Shown: positions 49,850 through 59,870 of the stretch, one piece after another | Position numbering within the stretch: position 1 is the first letter of the stretch | Layout of the letters: each line of letters opens with the position of its first letter | Origin: Bdellovibrionales bacterium RIFOXYD12_FULL_39_22 | Lineage (GTDB): Bacteria; Bdellovibrionota; Bacteriovoracia; Bacteriovoracales; Bacteriovoracaceae | Reading direction: 5' to 3' | Assembly (NCBI GenBank): GCA_001770205.1 | Contig: MEQL01000002.1 | Location: 1-64,000, forward strand | DNA length: 64,000 nt | Notes under the pieces: generated by a model | Seen by the model: only the letters and a program-made list of their open reading frames with translations | Told to the model about the DNA's origin: nothing | The model's database searches: none | Translations under genes and position numbers: made by a program

Positions 49850-50692
49850 TTATTTTTCTTGAGCAGAAAAAATCTTATAATTTATAAAAATTAACAGCGC
49901 CGTACTGAGTAAAAAATGGGTTGCTTCCAGCGGATAATTTAGTGGAGGTAGGGAGTCTTTTAGAATTCCACTGGCGATGTTATTTATTGTGCCGGCCCGA
50001 GGTAAAAGAAAATGGGGAATTATCCCTAGTGTTTTTAACATTCCCATCTCTGAGAAAATTTCGGATATTGAGATAGTAGCAAAGGAGCTATTGGCGATAG
50101 AAGCAACCCACATGGTGAACATGGTAGCAATAAGTGCTAAACTTCTATTTAAAAAAGAAGAAATTAGCATTGCACAAAGGATGTAGGTAAAAATGGCCAA
50201 AGTGGTAACAGGAAAAGAGAGAAAGAGAGGATAGTCCAACTCGATTTTGCTAGAGAATAGTGCAAAGATTATAATTCCCAACAGCATGGATGCTATATAG
50301 TAACCCACTACAATAAGCCACGTTCCGACTACTCTTCCCAGCAAATAATCTAGTTTGTGAATAGGCAAGGCCAATATTTGATAAAGTGCCCCATGCTCAC
50401 GATCGCTTTGAATGGCCCCCACTCCAATGATGGTGGCCAGTAGTCCATTCCAGAAATTAATCATGGTATAGAAAACAGAAAATTTGCTACCAAAAAAAGT
50501 GTCAATTGGACTAGCTCCACCAGTGGCCGTCATATCACTGGTTTTTAGATAAAGATAATCTAGGGAGCCATTAATTATAAAAATAATTATAACAGTGAAA
50601 ATTGCCAACCCGATTAAAGTTTTATTGCGTAGTTCTTTGAGAATAGTATTTTGCGCAATCACCCAACTATTTTGTATTCGCTTTGTGTTCAT
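49850..50692 (-). CDS. ABC-2 type transporter permease
   Basis: Six TMs, DREHG..ILALPI...YLLG motif. Confidence 0.85.
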   Translation of the reverse strand: MNTKRIQNSWVIAQNTILKELRNKTLIGLAIFTVIIIFIINGSLDYLYLKTSDMTATGGASPIDTFFGSKFSVFYTMINFWNGLLATIIGVGAIQSDREHGALYQILALPIHKLDYLLGRVVGTWLIVVGYYIASMLLGIIIFALFSSKIELDYPLFLSFPVTTLAIFTYILCAMLISSFLNRSLALIATMFTMWVASIANSSFATISISEIFSEMGMLKTLGIIPHFLLPRAGTINNIASGILKDSLPPLNYPLEATHFLLSTALLIFINYKIFSAQEK

Positions 50693-50708
50693 ATAAAAAT
50701 CTCCAGCG

Positions 50709-51416
50709 CTATTTTTTTATCAGATTATAAAAATAGTCTTCAAGTCCACCGCGACTTTTTACATCGCTAATAGAAATTTGTTCTAAAAGAACTCCGTTGT
50801 TAATAATGCCTACTTCATCACACATCTGTTCAATCTCCGAGAGAATATGAGAATTGATAAAGATGGTTTTTCCTGCGGCCGTGAGACTGGCCAGTAGTAT
50901 TTTTAAATCTTTTATGCCAATAGGATCAAGTCCATAGAAAGGCTCATCAATTAAGAAAAGATCAATTTCTCCAATGAAAAGGGAAGCAATGCCCACTCGT
51001 TGCAGTTGGCCTTTTGATAGTTGATTAAGCTTTCGATCTTTAAGTGCGGTAATATCTAATTTGGCCATGGCCGCTTCTATGGCCTTGGAATAATCTGTCT
51101 CGGGCATCTGGCGAAAGTTACAGTAAAACTTTAAAGTGTTGTATACAGTATAATAGGGGTAAAAAGAAAATTTCTCAGAAAGAAACGCCACTTTGCGGCG
51201 AGAGATGGGATCGGCCTTATCTATGGAAAAAATTTTAAATTGTCCAGCATCGACAGGGACTAGATCTAGCAACCCTTTAAGGAAGGTGGTCTTGCCGGCA
51301 CCGTTGGGGCCAATTAGTCCAAAACAGCTTCCCTTTTTAACTGAAAGAGAAAGGCCCAAAATTGCTTTCGTGCGCCCATAATTTTTAAAAATGCCTGTTG
51401 CCTCAATTGCATACAT
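50709..51416 (-). CDS. ABC transporter ATP-binding protein
   Basis: GPNGAGKTT, LSKGQ, DEP, SH. Confidence 0.92.
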   Translation of the reverse strand: MYAIEATGIFKNYGRTKAILGLSLSVKKGSCFGLIGPNGAGKTTFLKGLLDLVPVDAGQFKIFSIDKADPISRRKVAFLSEKFSFYPYYTVYNTLKFYCNFRQMPETDYSKAIEAAMAKLDITALKDRKLNQLSKGQLQRVGIASLFIGEIDLFLIDEPFYGLDPIGIKDLKILLASLTAAGKTIFINSHILSEIEQMCDEVGIINNGVLLEQISISDVKSRGGLEDYFYNLIKK

Positions 51417-51507
51417 GAATCTTTATCCTTCGAGCAGCTGCCCGGTAAAGGGAGATAGTTGTTTACAGAATTTATTATATTCTTGTCAGATAGTATATGA
51501 AATTTAT

Positions 51508-53499
51508 TCAAAGTTTCTTTTGCCAACGCATAAAATAACGAAAGCTGTGCAAAGCAGTTGGAACTTTATCGCGAATATAATCAGAAGGCCGGAGGGCCCC
51601 TTGCAGATAGTTGGCCAGTAAATAATCCCACTGTTCTTCAGAGTCAGAAATTTTTTGGGTGGAGAAATGGGCCCGAGAATTTTTTAGTTTGGGCCATTTG
51701 GCCGCAAAAATACGTTGGCCATATTTTAAGATATATAAAAAGGAGTGATGAGTGGAGATTGCACCGGCCCAGGGATAATGATCTAGATGATTTTGGGAGG
51801 AGAGCTGATCTATTTTCTTATCGATTAACTGCTGTGCCTTGTCGTCCAAAGAGAGAGAGTCGTTTGCTGCGATATGAAGCGGAAAGAGATGAAAAATATC
51901 TCCTTGGGTGTAGTAAATTTTTTCAACTCCAAATTTTGTAGGATTGCAGGCGATAGGTGATCTGGGGGTTGGATTAAAGTTGCCGACAATAAACTGATCA
52001 ATCTGCTTATGATTGTCGGCCAATATTTTTATTGTTTTTTTTATATCCTGCAAATTTTCTTGTGGGTGATTTAGAAAAGTCATCCAGGCAGTAGAGATAC
52101 CGGCCTGATGAAAGTTGGCATTAATTTTTTCGATCAAGTGAGGAGTAATTCCTTTGTCCATTAGTTGCAAAATTTTTTCAGAACCACTTTCCACTCCAAA
52201 GGCCACCGCTCGCAGGCCACTTTTATAGAGCAATTGACAATTTTTTAAAGTGTAATTTGCTTCAATGCGAAGATCGGTAGACCAAAAAATTTTAATTTTA
52301 CGTTTGATAAGTTCTGCTGCTAGGGCCAATGCGTATTTAGGGGAAAGAACATCACAGGAAAAATAGAAATTGCTCGTAGCAAAGTTTTTTTGCATAGACT
52401 GCAAATCGGCGGCGGCCTGCTCTATAGGAATTTCGCGATAGCGATGCTTCCCGGACTGATTAAAACCATACCCACAAAAAGAACATCTATTCCAGTAGCA
52501 TCCCCGGGTGGGCGCATAAAGCAGCATAGGAGATGGTGCCAGATAGTTAGACAAATCTAGATCAGAGTAATCAGGAGGAGCGGTACTAGTTTTAAGATCA
52601 AAAACTTTGCAGGGGCCATGGAGTATCGTTTGATCGGAATTACTAGCGAAAAATATATTGGGGATTTTTTCCAATTCATAATCAGTTGGACGGCCGCCAT
52701 GAGTAGCAATGAGAGGGAGTAGTTGGGCCAGAGACTCTTCGCCTTCTTGCAGACAAAAGGCATCAACATAAGTAAAAAGTTTGCGGGCCTCATGGGCCGT
52801 TAATTCATGTGCCACGAGATCGGCAGTCGCTCCTCCGAGCATGATAAAACAATTGGGAAGTTGCTTTTTGATTAATTTTGCTAGATAAAAAGTTTCAGGA
52901 AGTTGAGAGATAAAAGTTAAAGATATTCCAATAAATTGTTGATTAGCAGGAATTTGCGCTAATTTTTGCTGATACCACAGATCCAGAGGACTTTTTTTAT
53001 GAGAAATGTAGTGGCCAAGTAGCTCAAAATCCCACGGAGCTACCAGATGGTCGGCGCGATTGAAGCTAAAGCGAAAGGGAAAAAAAGTTGCTTCCATTAT
53101 TTGAAAAAGAACTTCTAGCCGGTCGCGTTGTTTTAAGTAATTTTGTTTTTCATAAAAAGCTTGGCCACTTTTTAACAAAGATAAGGCCGCAGAAAAGTCT
53201 AGTTCGCAGAGCGGTATTGCTTGTAAGATACGATGATACTCCAGTTTCTCAAACATCGAAATCTTCGTTTTGCTTGTTTGTTTTTTATTTAGCTGGCGAG
53301 CGCGTTTTTGTAGAGTGCCTTTCCATTCCAGGATAGTTTTTTTGCTTGTTAGATATGTCAACATTTCCGCATTAAAGTCTTGGATAGATATATTAATCTT
53401 TTTGCTTTGCAAATATCCTTTGATTGTGGGCAAGCTCACATAGGGCCAAGTGGGATCAGCGAAAGGTGGATAAATTAAAAGAGGAGTTGATAATTGCAT
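51508..53499 (-). CDS. B12-binding-domain radical SAM protein
   Basis: N-terminal YPP..P..L.GYL and GIS..LGG cobalamin-domain pattern; TRGCYWNRCSFC; GVESG. Confidence 0.85.
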   Translation of the reverse strand: MQLSTPLLIYPPFADPTWPYVSLPTIKGYLQSKKINISIQDFNAEMLTYLTSKKTILEWKGTLQKRARQLNKKQTSKTKISMFEKLEYHRILQAIPLCELDFSAALSLLKSGQAFYEKQNYLKQRDRLEVLFQIMEATFFPFRFSFNRADHLVAPWDFELLGHYISHKKSPLDLWYQQKLAQIPANQQFIGISLTFISQLPETFYLAKLIKKQLPNCFIMLGGATADLVAHELTAHEARKLFTYVDAFCLQEGEESLAQLLPLIATHGGRPTDYELEKIPNIFFASNSDQTILHGPCKVFDLKTSTAPPDYSDLDLSNYLAPSPMLLYAPTRGCYWNRCSFCGYGFNQSGKHRYREIPIEQAAADLQSMQKNFATSNFYFSCDVLSPKYALALAAELIKRKIKIFWSTDLRIEANYTLKNCQLLYKSGLRAVAFGVESGSEKILQLMDKGITPHLIEKINANFHQAGISTAWMTFLNHPQENLQDIKKTIKILADNHKQIDQFIVGNFNPTPRSPIACNPTKFGVEKIYYTQGDIFHLFPLHIAANDSLSLDDKAQQLIDKKIDQLSSQNHLDHYPWAGAISTHHSFLYILKYGQRIFAAKWPKLKNSRAHFSTQKISDSEEQWDYLLANYLQGALRPSDYIRDKVPTALHSFRYFMRWQKKL

Positions 53500-53602
53500 T
53501 TATTTCATTTTCTATATTTTTATTTTGATTAAATCAATAGTTCAGTATTACTATCAAAGTAATAAACAACATACAACAAGATGGCCTTGAGGTAGTTTTT
53601 TC

Positions 53603-55786
53603 ATGACAAAATTATATCGTTTTGGCACTCCTTTTAAAAGTGGCGCCACAGTGAAAGAGATGGCCCCAACGACTCACAACCATTTTTTAGGAAACAATTT
53701 GCAAGTGGAGTCATGTAAAATCTCTTTTGAGTTGAGACTTAGTGATTTGGATATTGTCTTAGGATTAGGAGAAATGCTGGGGGGGCTCAATCGACGAGGG
53801 AAAAAATATCGTTGCTATGCTACTGATGATTCTCATCATACTCCTGAAAAAGAGTCGTTATACTCATCTCATCCTTTTGTGATGATTGTAGGAGCAAAAA
53901 CAACAACCGGAATTTTTGTTGATTTTCCCGGAGAAATTATTTTTGATATCGGTCAGAGTAAGCACGATCTACTAAAAATAGAGATCTCTTCTGCGTCTGC
54001 AGATATTTACTGGATTGAGGGGAGAAGGCCGCGCGCAGTGGTGGCAGAGTTTTTATCACTAGTGGGTAAACCCTGGGCGCCACCTAGATGGGCGTTTGGT
54101 TATCAGCAAAGTCGTTGGAGTTATCCGACTGCTGATAAAATCAGAGAGATTGTCGATTCATTTGCCAAATACGATCTTCCACTAGATACCATTTCGATGG
54201 ACATTGATTACATGGATAATTTTAAGGTTTTCACTATCTCTGCTGCTAACTTTCCCCATTTTTCATCTTTTGTGGCCGAGATGAGAGAGCGAGGCATAAA
54301 ACTTATTCCTATTTTAGATCCAGGAGTAAAGATTGAGTCAGGTTATTCGATTTACGAAGAAGGCATTGAACAAGGCCATTTTTGTCAAGATAGTGCGGGC
54401 CGTCCTTTTCCGGTGGCCGTCTGGCCAGGACTTACCCACTTGCCAGATTTTTTTAATGAGTCAGTACGAAACTGGTGGGGCAAAAAAGTGGCCGAGCTGG
54501 TGCGGATGGGCGTTGCTGGTTTTTGGACGGATATGAATGAGCCTGCAATTTTTTTTTCTAAGCAAGGAGTAGAGCGAGGATTAAATTTGGTAGAAAATTT
54601 TTCTAAAAAATATTTCCACAATAACAATTATTCTTTTGACGATTATTTTGCTGCGCGCAGTGCTCTATCTTCTGCCTCCAATGCGTCCGAAGATTTTAAA
54701 AGTTTTTATCATGTAACTGGCCAAGGGATAGTTAATCACCACGAGGTGCATAATCTTTTTGGATCTCAAATGGTAGCGGCCACTGCTTCTGGTTTTGCCC
54801 AGGCCACACCCGATCGGCGGCACTATATTTTATCGCGAAGTAGCTATATTGGTATGCATCGGCAGGCCGCTTTATGGACAGGAGATAACGCCAGTTGGTG
54901 GGAACATCTAGCACTTAATTTAAAAATGTTAATGTCACTTAACATGTGCGGATTTTTTTTCGTAGGGGCAGACATTGGAGGATTTAATGCTAATGCCTCA
55001 CCCGAGCTTTTTGTGCGCTGGATGCAATTGGCCATTATCTCTCCACTTTTTCGCAATCATTCGTCTATTGGAACAAGAAATCAAGAGCCGTGGGAATTTG
55101 GAGATAAAATTTTAAAGATTGTGCGGCAAATTTTAAAGCTACGCTATGCCCTTATACCTTATCTATACTCTGAATATATGAAGGCGCGGGAAAACAGTAT
55201 TCCATTTTTGCGTCCACTTATTTTTGATTATGAAAGAGATACCATCGCCCAGAGAGTAGAAGATCAAGTGTTGATTGGAGAGTCTTTGATGATGGCACCG
55301 GTTATTTCGGCCAATGCTACAGGCCGATTTGTCTATTTGCCCCAACATCGTTGGTTGCGCTGGCATGGAGAAAAAAAGAAATGCCAAGTACTGTTGCCGG
55401 GAACACATTATTTACCCGCATCTCTAAAAGAGACGCTTTTTTTCATCAAAGAAAATTCTTGCATTGCTCTTACTTCTTCTCTAAAAAATTTAGATAATTA
55501 TCGGCCAACGGTAATTACAGTGGTAGGATTTGTCGTCAGCGACGCCATCTTTTCTCTCTACGAGGATGATGGAGTGAGCAATTCAGTCGACCATTCCATC
55601 ATAAAAGTTCAGATCGTTCGCAAAAAAATTAGGATGCAACTGATTCAAAAAGGCCGGTTTTTATCATCTATAAAAAGAATCCACTTTAAAATCTATGACG
55701 CCAAGGGCCAGATGATAAGCAGCTTGATAAAAATGTCAGAGTGTGACACCATAAGGTATGACAAATTTGACAGTGGTTGGTTATGA
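53603..55786 (+). CDS. Glycoside hydrolase family 31 (alpha-glucosidase)
   Basis: GYQQSRWSY, DIDYMD, WTDMNEP (nucleophile), WTGDN (acid/base), GADIGGF, RNH. Confidence 0.92.
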   Translation: MTKLYRFGTPFKSGATVKEMAPTTHNHFLGNNLQVESCKISFELRLSDLDIVLGLGEMLGGLNRRGKKYRCYATDDSHHTPEKESLYSSHPFVMIVGAKTTTGIFVDFPGEIIFDIGQSKHDLLKIEISSASADIYWIEGRRPRAVVAEFLSLVGKPWAPPRWAFGYQQSRWSYPTADKIREIVDSFAKYDLPLDTISMDIDYMDNFKVFTISAANFPHFSSFVAEMRERGIKLIPILDPGVKIESGYSIYEEGIEQGHFCQDSAGRPFPVAVWPGLTHLPDFFNESVRNWWGKKVAELVRMGVAGFWTDMNEPAIFFSKQGVERGLNLVENFSKKYFHNNNYSFDDYFAARSALSSASNASEDFKSFYHVTGQGIVNHHEVHNLFGSQMVAATASGFAQATPDRRHYILSRSSYIGMHRQAALWTGDNASWWEHLALNLKMLMSLNMCGFFFVGADIGGFNANASPELFVRWMQLAIISPLFRNHSSIGTRNQEPWEFGDKILKIVRQILKLRYALIPYLYSEYMKARENSIPFLRPLIFDYERDTIAQRVEDQVLIGESLMMAPVISANATGRFVYLPQHRWLRWHGEKKKCQVLLPGTHYLPASLKETLFFIKENSCIALTSSLKNLDNYRPTVITVVGFVVSDAIFSLYEDDGVSNSVDHSIIKVQIVRKKIRMQLIQKGRFLSSIKRIHFKIYDAKGQMISSLIKMSECDTIRYDKFDSGWL
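55725..55772. promoter_or_regulatory. Cluster of TGACA/TGTCA operator-like sites at the kinase start
   Basis: TGATA-AAAA-TGTCA (55725-38), TGACA (55744-48), TGACA-AATT-TGACA (55759-72). Confidence 0.45.
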
Positions 55787-57251
55787 AATAATCAACAAAG
55801 TGGGCGAAGGTGCCATGAGTGAGGTCTTTTCAGCACGCAATAATGGTGCTGACGAGATTGTCGCGATCAAGGTTCTTCGGCAATATTTTAAGGATAATCA
55901 ATCTTATATATCAAGGCTTAAGCAAGAGGGGCAAACTCTCTCTTTGGTTTCTGACGATCGAATTGTTCGCTTTATCGATATCACAAAAACCTCTGATGGC
56001 CGAATGTCCATGGTTTTTGAATTTGTTGATGGTAAGAATTTAGAGCAACTTTTACAGAGCAATTGCACAAGTTTAAATCCCTTGGTGGCCAGTTGCATTA
56101 TCTCGGAAGTTTTGTTAGGCCTTGAAGAGGCACATCGGCACGGCATAATTCATCGTGACCTCAAACCGGAAAATATTATGCTGACGGCCATGGGTAGAAT
56201 TAAGATCACCGATTTTGGAGTGGCCAAAAATCTAGAGTCCCAAGAGATGACGGTTACTGGCATTATAGTTGGATCTCCTGCCTACATGAGTCCCGAGCAG
56301 GCGCGAGGGGAGATGGTGGATGCTAGATCGGATCTATATTCACTAGGTATTTTGCTATATAAAATCTCTACAGGTAATTTGCCATTTATTGGAAATAATT
56401 ATCAAGCGATGGTTAGTGCCATTATGCAGGGGACTTTTACTTCACCCGAAAAAATTAGGCCAGATATTCATCCGGAACTGGTTCGAATAATAAAAAAAGC
56501 TTTAAGCAAAGACATCAATGGCCGCTACCAGAAGGCCTATCAGTTTCGATATGATTTAATGAAATTTTTAGATCACATTGCCGCTCCGTCGGTTACAAAA
56601 GTTCTTGAGCGTTTTTTTGCTAATCAGCTCGATCCTGCACTTTATGATAGTGAAAATGTGATGCGGACAATTATTGAGCGTGCCAATGAGGCATTTCAAG
56701 CAAATGATAAAATTAGTTCCATTAAATTAATTCAACAAGCAATTAATTTAGCGCCAGGTAATCAGGAGGCAAAAGTATTGCTTGCTAAGTTTTCTAACAA
56801 AACCAGGATTCATTTATATATTTGGGCCGGAATTTTCTTGGCGATACTTTTAGGTGCTGGTGCTACGATAACTTTTGAAACTCCTAAGCAGGTTTTGGCA
56901 ACCAAACCATTTGTCATTCCAATTCCAATTCCAACTCCAACAATAGTTGACAAACATAAACCGCCACTTTTAACTTTGGCCAAGAAAGCAGAAGTTGTTC
57001 AAGAAAAGGCAAAAGAACAAAAAGAAGAAAAGAGTAAAGAAAAAATAACTGTTCCAACTCGCGTGGTATTCAAGGTTCCTCTAGAAGTAAAAGTATACTT
57101 TGATGGAGTGCAGGTAATGAATCCAGAACATGGCGTGGAGAATGTTTCACCTGGTAAGCATGAGATTACTCTTATCAAGCCGGGACTTGTGCCGATCATA
57201 AGTAACATAGATATTATCGAAGGCCAGACTACAACTATAAATGCTATGTAG
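55758..57251 (+). CDS. Hanks-type Ser/Thr kinase with TPR-like repeat, TM helix and PEGA-like extracytoplasmic domain
   Basis: GEGAMS, VAIK, HRDLKPEN, DFG, SPE; TM near residues 353-373; VYFDG..PGKHEI. Confidence 0.9.
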   Translation: MTNLTVVGYEIINKVGEGAMSEVFSARNNGADEIVAIKVLRQYFKDNQSYISRLKQEGQTLSLVSDDRIVRFIDITKTSDGRMSMVFEFVDGKNLEQLLQSNCTSLNPLVASCIISEVLLGLEEAHRHGIIHRDLKPENIMLTAMGRIKITDFGVAKNLESQEMTVTGIIVGSPAYMSPEQARGEMVDARSDLYSLGILLYKISTGNLPFIGNNYQAMVSAIMQGTFTSPEKIRPDIHPELVRIIKKALSKDINGRYQKAYQFRYDLMKFLDHIAAPSVTKVLERFFANQLDPALYDSENVMRTIIERANEAFQANDKISSIKLIQQAINLAPGNQEAKVLLAKFSNKTRIHLYIWAGIFLAILLGAGATITFETPKQVLATKPFVIPIPIPTPTIVDKHKPPLLTLAKKAEVVQEKAKEQKEEKSKEKITVPTRVVFKVPLEVKVYFDGVQVMNPEHGVENVSPGKHEITLIKPGLVPIISNIDIIEGQTTTINAM

Positions 57252-57266
57252 TGCAACATAAATAAG

Positions 57267-59033
57267 GTGAATCAAATGAGAAAGATCGTTATTATTTCCG
57301 AAAACAAAATTGTAAAATCATTTTGTCTGAAAAAGACTTTGACGACAGTAGGGCAAAACAGTGATTTTGATGTGGTGATCACTTCACTTCCATTTTCTGG
57401 AATGGCCATAACTTTGGAAAATGAAAAAGTTAGAATATCTGCCATTGGTGCAGACAAAAAACGAATGCAAGGATCTTGGGATAAAAATATTGTTGGGAGC
57501 GAGATACTATCGTATGGAGAGTTTGAATTTATCTGTATGCCGGAATCCAAAGAGGATCTGACGGAAAAATCGACACAGTTGAGGGGATGGAATTTGGAGA
57601 CACTTCCGAAAGACCCTGTTTCTCCCCAATTTCCTCAACAGTTGTTAGAGTTTTTGTTAGATGGCCTAGGCAAAAATGAAGGAGCACTTTTTTATCGTAA
57701 GGAAAATTTTATTCATACGCTTGCATCTAAAAATATCAAAATTGGCCATCAGTCGGAATCACTAATGCTTCGTTATTTGCATATGACAGAGAATAATGTG
57801 GTCAGAGTAAATTTTTCTACGCACTCCATGCTTTTTAACGCCGGCCTTGTTCCTTGCGATTTTCTATTGGTAAAAACGGCACTAACAAAAGAGTTGGAGG
57901 TTATAATTTATCTTCCTGAGCCAGATGCTACTGTTCCACTTCCTGAACGATTTATTGAGGTTCTAATTTATCTTTGTGCTCAAAATCTTTCACTGCACCT
58001 CATTCATAAGTTTAATCGGAAATTAGAAAAATTGATTCCAGAATTTGATGACAATGATGATTTTTTTTGGGGTGACGGCGATAAAATGTTACGCATAAAA
58101 GCAATTGTTGATCAACTTGCTCCTACGAATATTTCATTACTGCTACAAGGGGAGACCGGAAGTGGTAAGGATCGCCTGGCCAATTACATTCAACGTCACA
58201 GTCCGCAAAGTCAAAAGATCGTGGCGATTAACTGCGCAGCAATTCCCAAAGAACTTGCCGAGAGCGTGCTATTCGGGCATGTCAAGGGAGCATTTACCGG
58301 AGCGCATAAAGATCAGCTTGGGAAAGTGGCAGAGGCAAATGGAGGTACTCTGTTTTTAGACGAAGTGGGGGAGTTGAGTTTGGAAATTCAAGGAAAGCTC
58401 TTGCGTTTTTTACAAGATGGAATATGCACACCGGTAGGAGGCAAAGGGATGCGAGTGAAGGCCAGAATTATTTCTGCCACCAATCGGGATTTAAAGCGCA
58501 TGGTGCGTGAAGGACAATTTAGAGAGGATTTATACTTTCGTCTAAGTGAAGCTTCTCTTGTTGTCCCCCCACTGCGTGAGCGCGTGCTGGATATCCCGGT
58601 TCTTGCAAAAATGTTTTTAAAACAGGCCTGTCAAGATAACAGTCTGCTCAATAAATCGCTTACGGCCGCCGCTGTTGAGAAGTTGCAATCCTATCCCTGG
58701 CCTGGAAATATTCGAGAATTATTATCTGTGCTCCGGCGCTCGGCCGTTATGTGTCGCGGAGAGATTGTGGATTCTGGAGATTTGTTAATTGATAGTCTGT
58801 GCACTGAAACAGAAAATCAAATCGATGAATTTCCCTTAAATCTTGCCCAAGCAAAAGAGTTGCTGATAAAAAAATTAGTCATCAAGGCGTTAGCAATTTC
58901 TAGTGATAACAAAACGGAAGCGGCCAAAAAATTAGGGGTAAATGTGCGCACACTATTTCGCTTAATTGCTGACAGCGACAAGGATGGCGCGTTGTGTGAC
59001 AAAGATGTCATTGAACAAAATTTAAACTGTTGA
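57267..59033 (+). CDS. sigma54-dependent enhancer-binding protein with degenerate FHA-like and GAF-like N-terminus
   Basis: GETGSGK, GAFTGA, LFLDE, FREDLYFRL, WPGNIREL, C-terminal Fis-type HTH. Confidence 0.9.
   Translation: MNQMRKIVIISENKIVKSFCLKKTLTTVGQNSDFDVVITSLPFSGMAITLENEKVRISAIGADKKRMQGSWDKNIVGSEILSYGEFEFICMPESKEDLTEKSTQLRGWNLETLPKDPVSPQFPQQLLEFLLDGLGKNEGALFYRKENFIHTLASKNIKIGHQSESLMLRYLHMTENNVVRVNFSTHSMLFNAGLVPCDFLLVKTALTKELEVIIYLPEPDATVPLPERFIEVLIYLCAQNLSLHLIHKFNRKLEKLIPEFDDNDDFFWGDGDKMLRIKAIVDQLAPTNISLLLQGETGSGKDRLANYIQRHSPQSQKIVAINCAAIPKELAESVLFGHVKGAFTGAHKDQLGKVAEANGGTLFLDEVGELSLEIQGKLLRFLQDGICTPVGGKGMRVKARIISATNRDLKRMVREGQFREDLYFRLSEASLVVPPLRERVLDIPVLAKMFLKQACQDNSLLNKSLTAAAVEKLQSYPWPGNIRELLSVLRRSAVMCRGEIVDSGDLLIDSLCTETENQIDEFPLNLAQAKELLIKKLVIKALAISSDNKTEAAKKLGVNVRTLFRLIADSDKDGALCDKDVIEQNLNC
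58976..59010. promoter_or_regulatory. Candidate upstream activator sequence
   Basis: Perfect TGACA-AAGA-TGTCA (58997-59010) and degenerate CGACA-AGGA-TGGCG 21 bp upstream. Confidence 0.5.
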
Positions 59034-59050
59034 AATTCTTGCCCGTGGCC

Positions 59051-59067
59051 TTGGTACAAATGCTGCT
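59051..59067 (+). promoter_or_regulatory. sigma54 -24/-12 promoter
   Basis: TTGGTACAAATGCTGCT gives GG-N10-GC, close to TGGCAC-N5-TTGC. Confidence 0.75.
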
Positions 59068-59117
59068 TATTCAAAGACAGGCAAGCGCACATGAATTGAA
59101 ACAGGAGGATTATTAAA

Positions 59118-59834
59118 ATGGGAAAATTTATTTTTTTAAAGGTTTGGTTGTTATTGGCCCTAGTTTTACTGCAGAAAGTTTTTGCCGACGGGCCGGTTTA
59201 TAATTTTCACTTCTATACTCAGCAAGTGCCCGAGGGATTGGCACAAATTACTACAAATACTCTACCAACTGCCACTTTCTCCACAGGAAGTAGTGGCCCC
59301 ATCGCAACAAAATTGGAAGAAAAAAAAGAGAGTGTCAAAGATGAGTTCGCCCATAAAAGCGCAATTAATATTGGAATTGGAGTGATGGCCGGAACCTATT
59401 CCGGAGCAGCTATGAAATACCACATTGGGTTGACACCAACTGTATATTTAGGGCATGAAACCTTTACCGCAGTTGGCCGCTCATTTGTTCTATCATCTAT
59501 GCTGGCCAGTAATGATCCGACTGGGCCAATGTATATTGGCCTGTTTTTTGAGCGACGTTATTATTTTGGAGATGATAATGATAATTCCAACTGGCGCTAT
59601 TTTGCTGGTTGGGATTTGGGGTTGGCCAATTTAACCTTGAAAGAATATGGCGCAGGAATGGTCTTACATAGTTTGGCCCTCGATGCTGGGATTGATTTGG
59701 GGGCGATATATAAGATTACCGACAGTTTTGGAATTTGTGCGCGACTAGGAGCATCCTTTAATTATGGCCTTTCGGCGTACCAGGCCACCGGCATAACCGC
59801 CTCCTCAGTAGTTGGATTTGCCTATAACTTCTAA
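59118..59834 (+). CDS. Outer-membrane beta-barrel protein (8-stranded type)
   Basis: AGGAGG RBS, signal peptide, amphipathic strands, terminal GFAYNF. Confidence 0.75.
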   Translation: MGKFIFLKVWLLLALVLLQKVFADGPVYNFHFYTQQVPEGLAQITTNTLPTATFSTGSSGPIATKLEEKKESVKDEFAHKSAINIGIGVMAGTYSGAAMKYHIGLTPTVYLGHETFTAVGRSFVLSSMLASNDPTGPMYIGLFFERRYYFGDDNDNSNWRYFAGWDLGLANLTLKEYGAGMVLHSLALDAGIDLGAIYKITDSFGICARLGASFNYGLSAYQATGITASSVVGFAYNF

Positions 59835-59870
59835 TTGACTATTCTGAAGTACCTATGCAAAATAGTTAAT
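59834..59870. promoter_or_regulatory. Imperfect inverted repeat over a sigma70-like promoter
   Basis: ATTGACTATTCTG-N11-CAAAATAGTTAAT (11/13 complementary); TTGACT-N17-CAAAAT. Confidence 0.5.
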
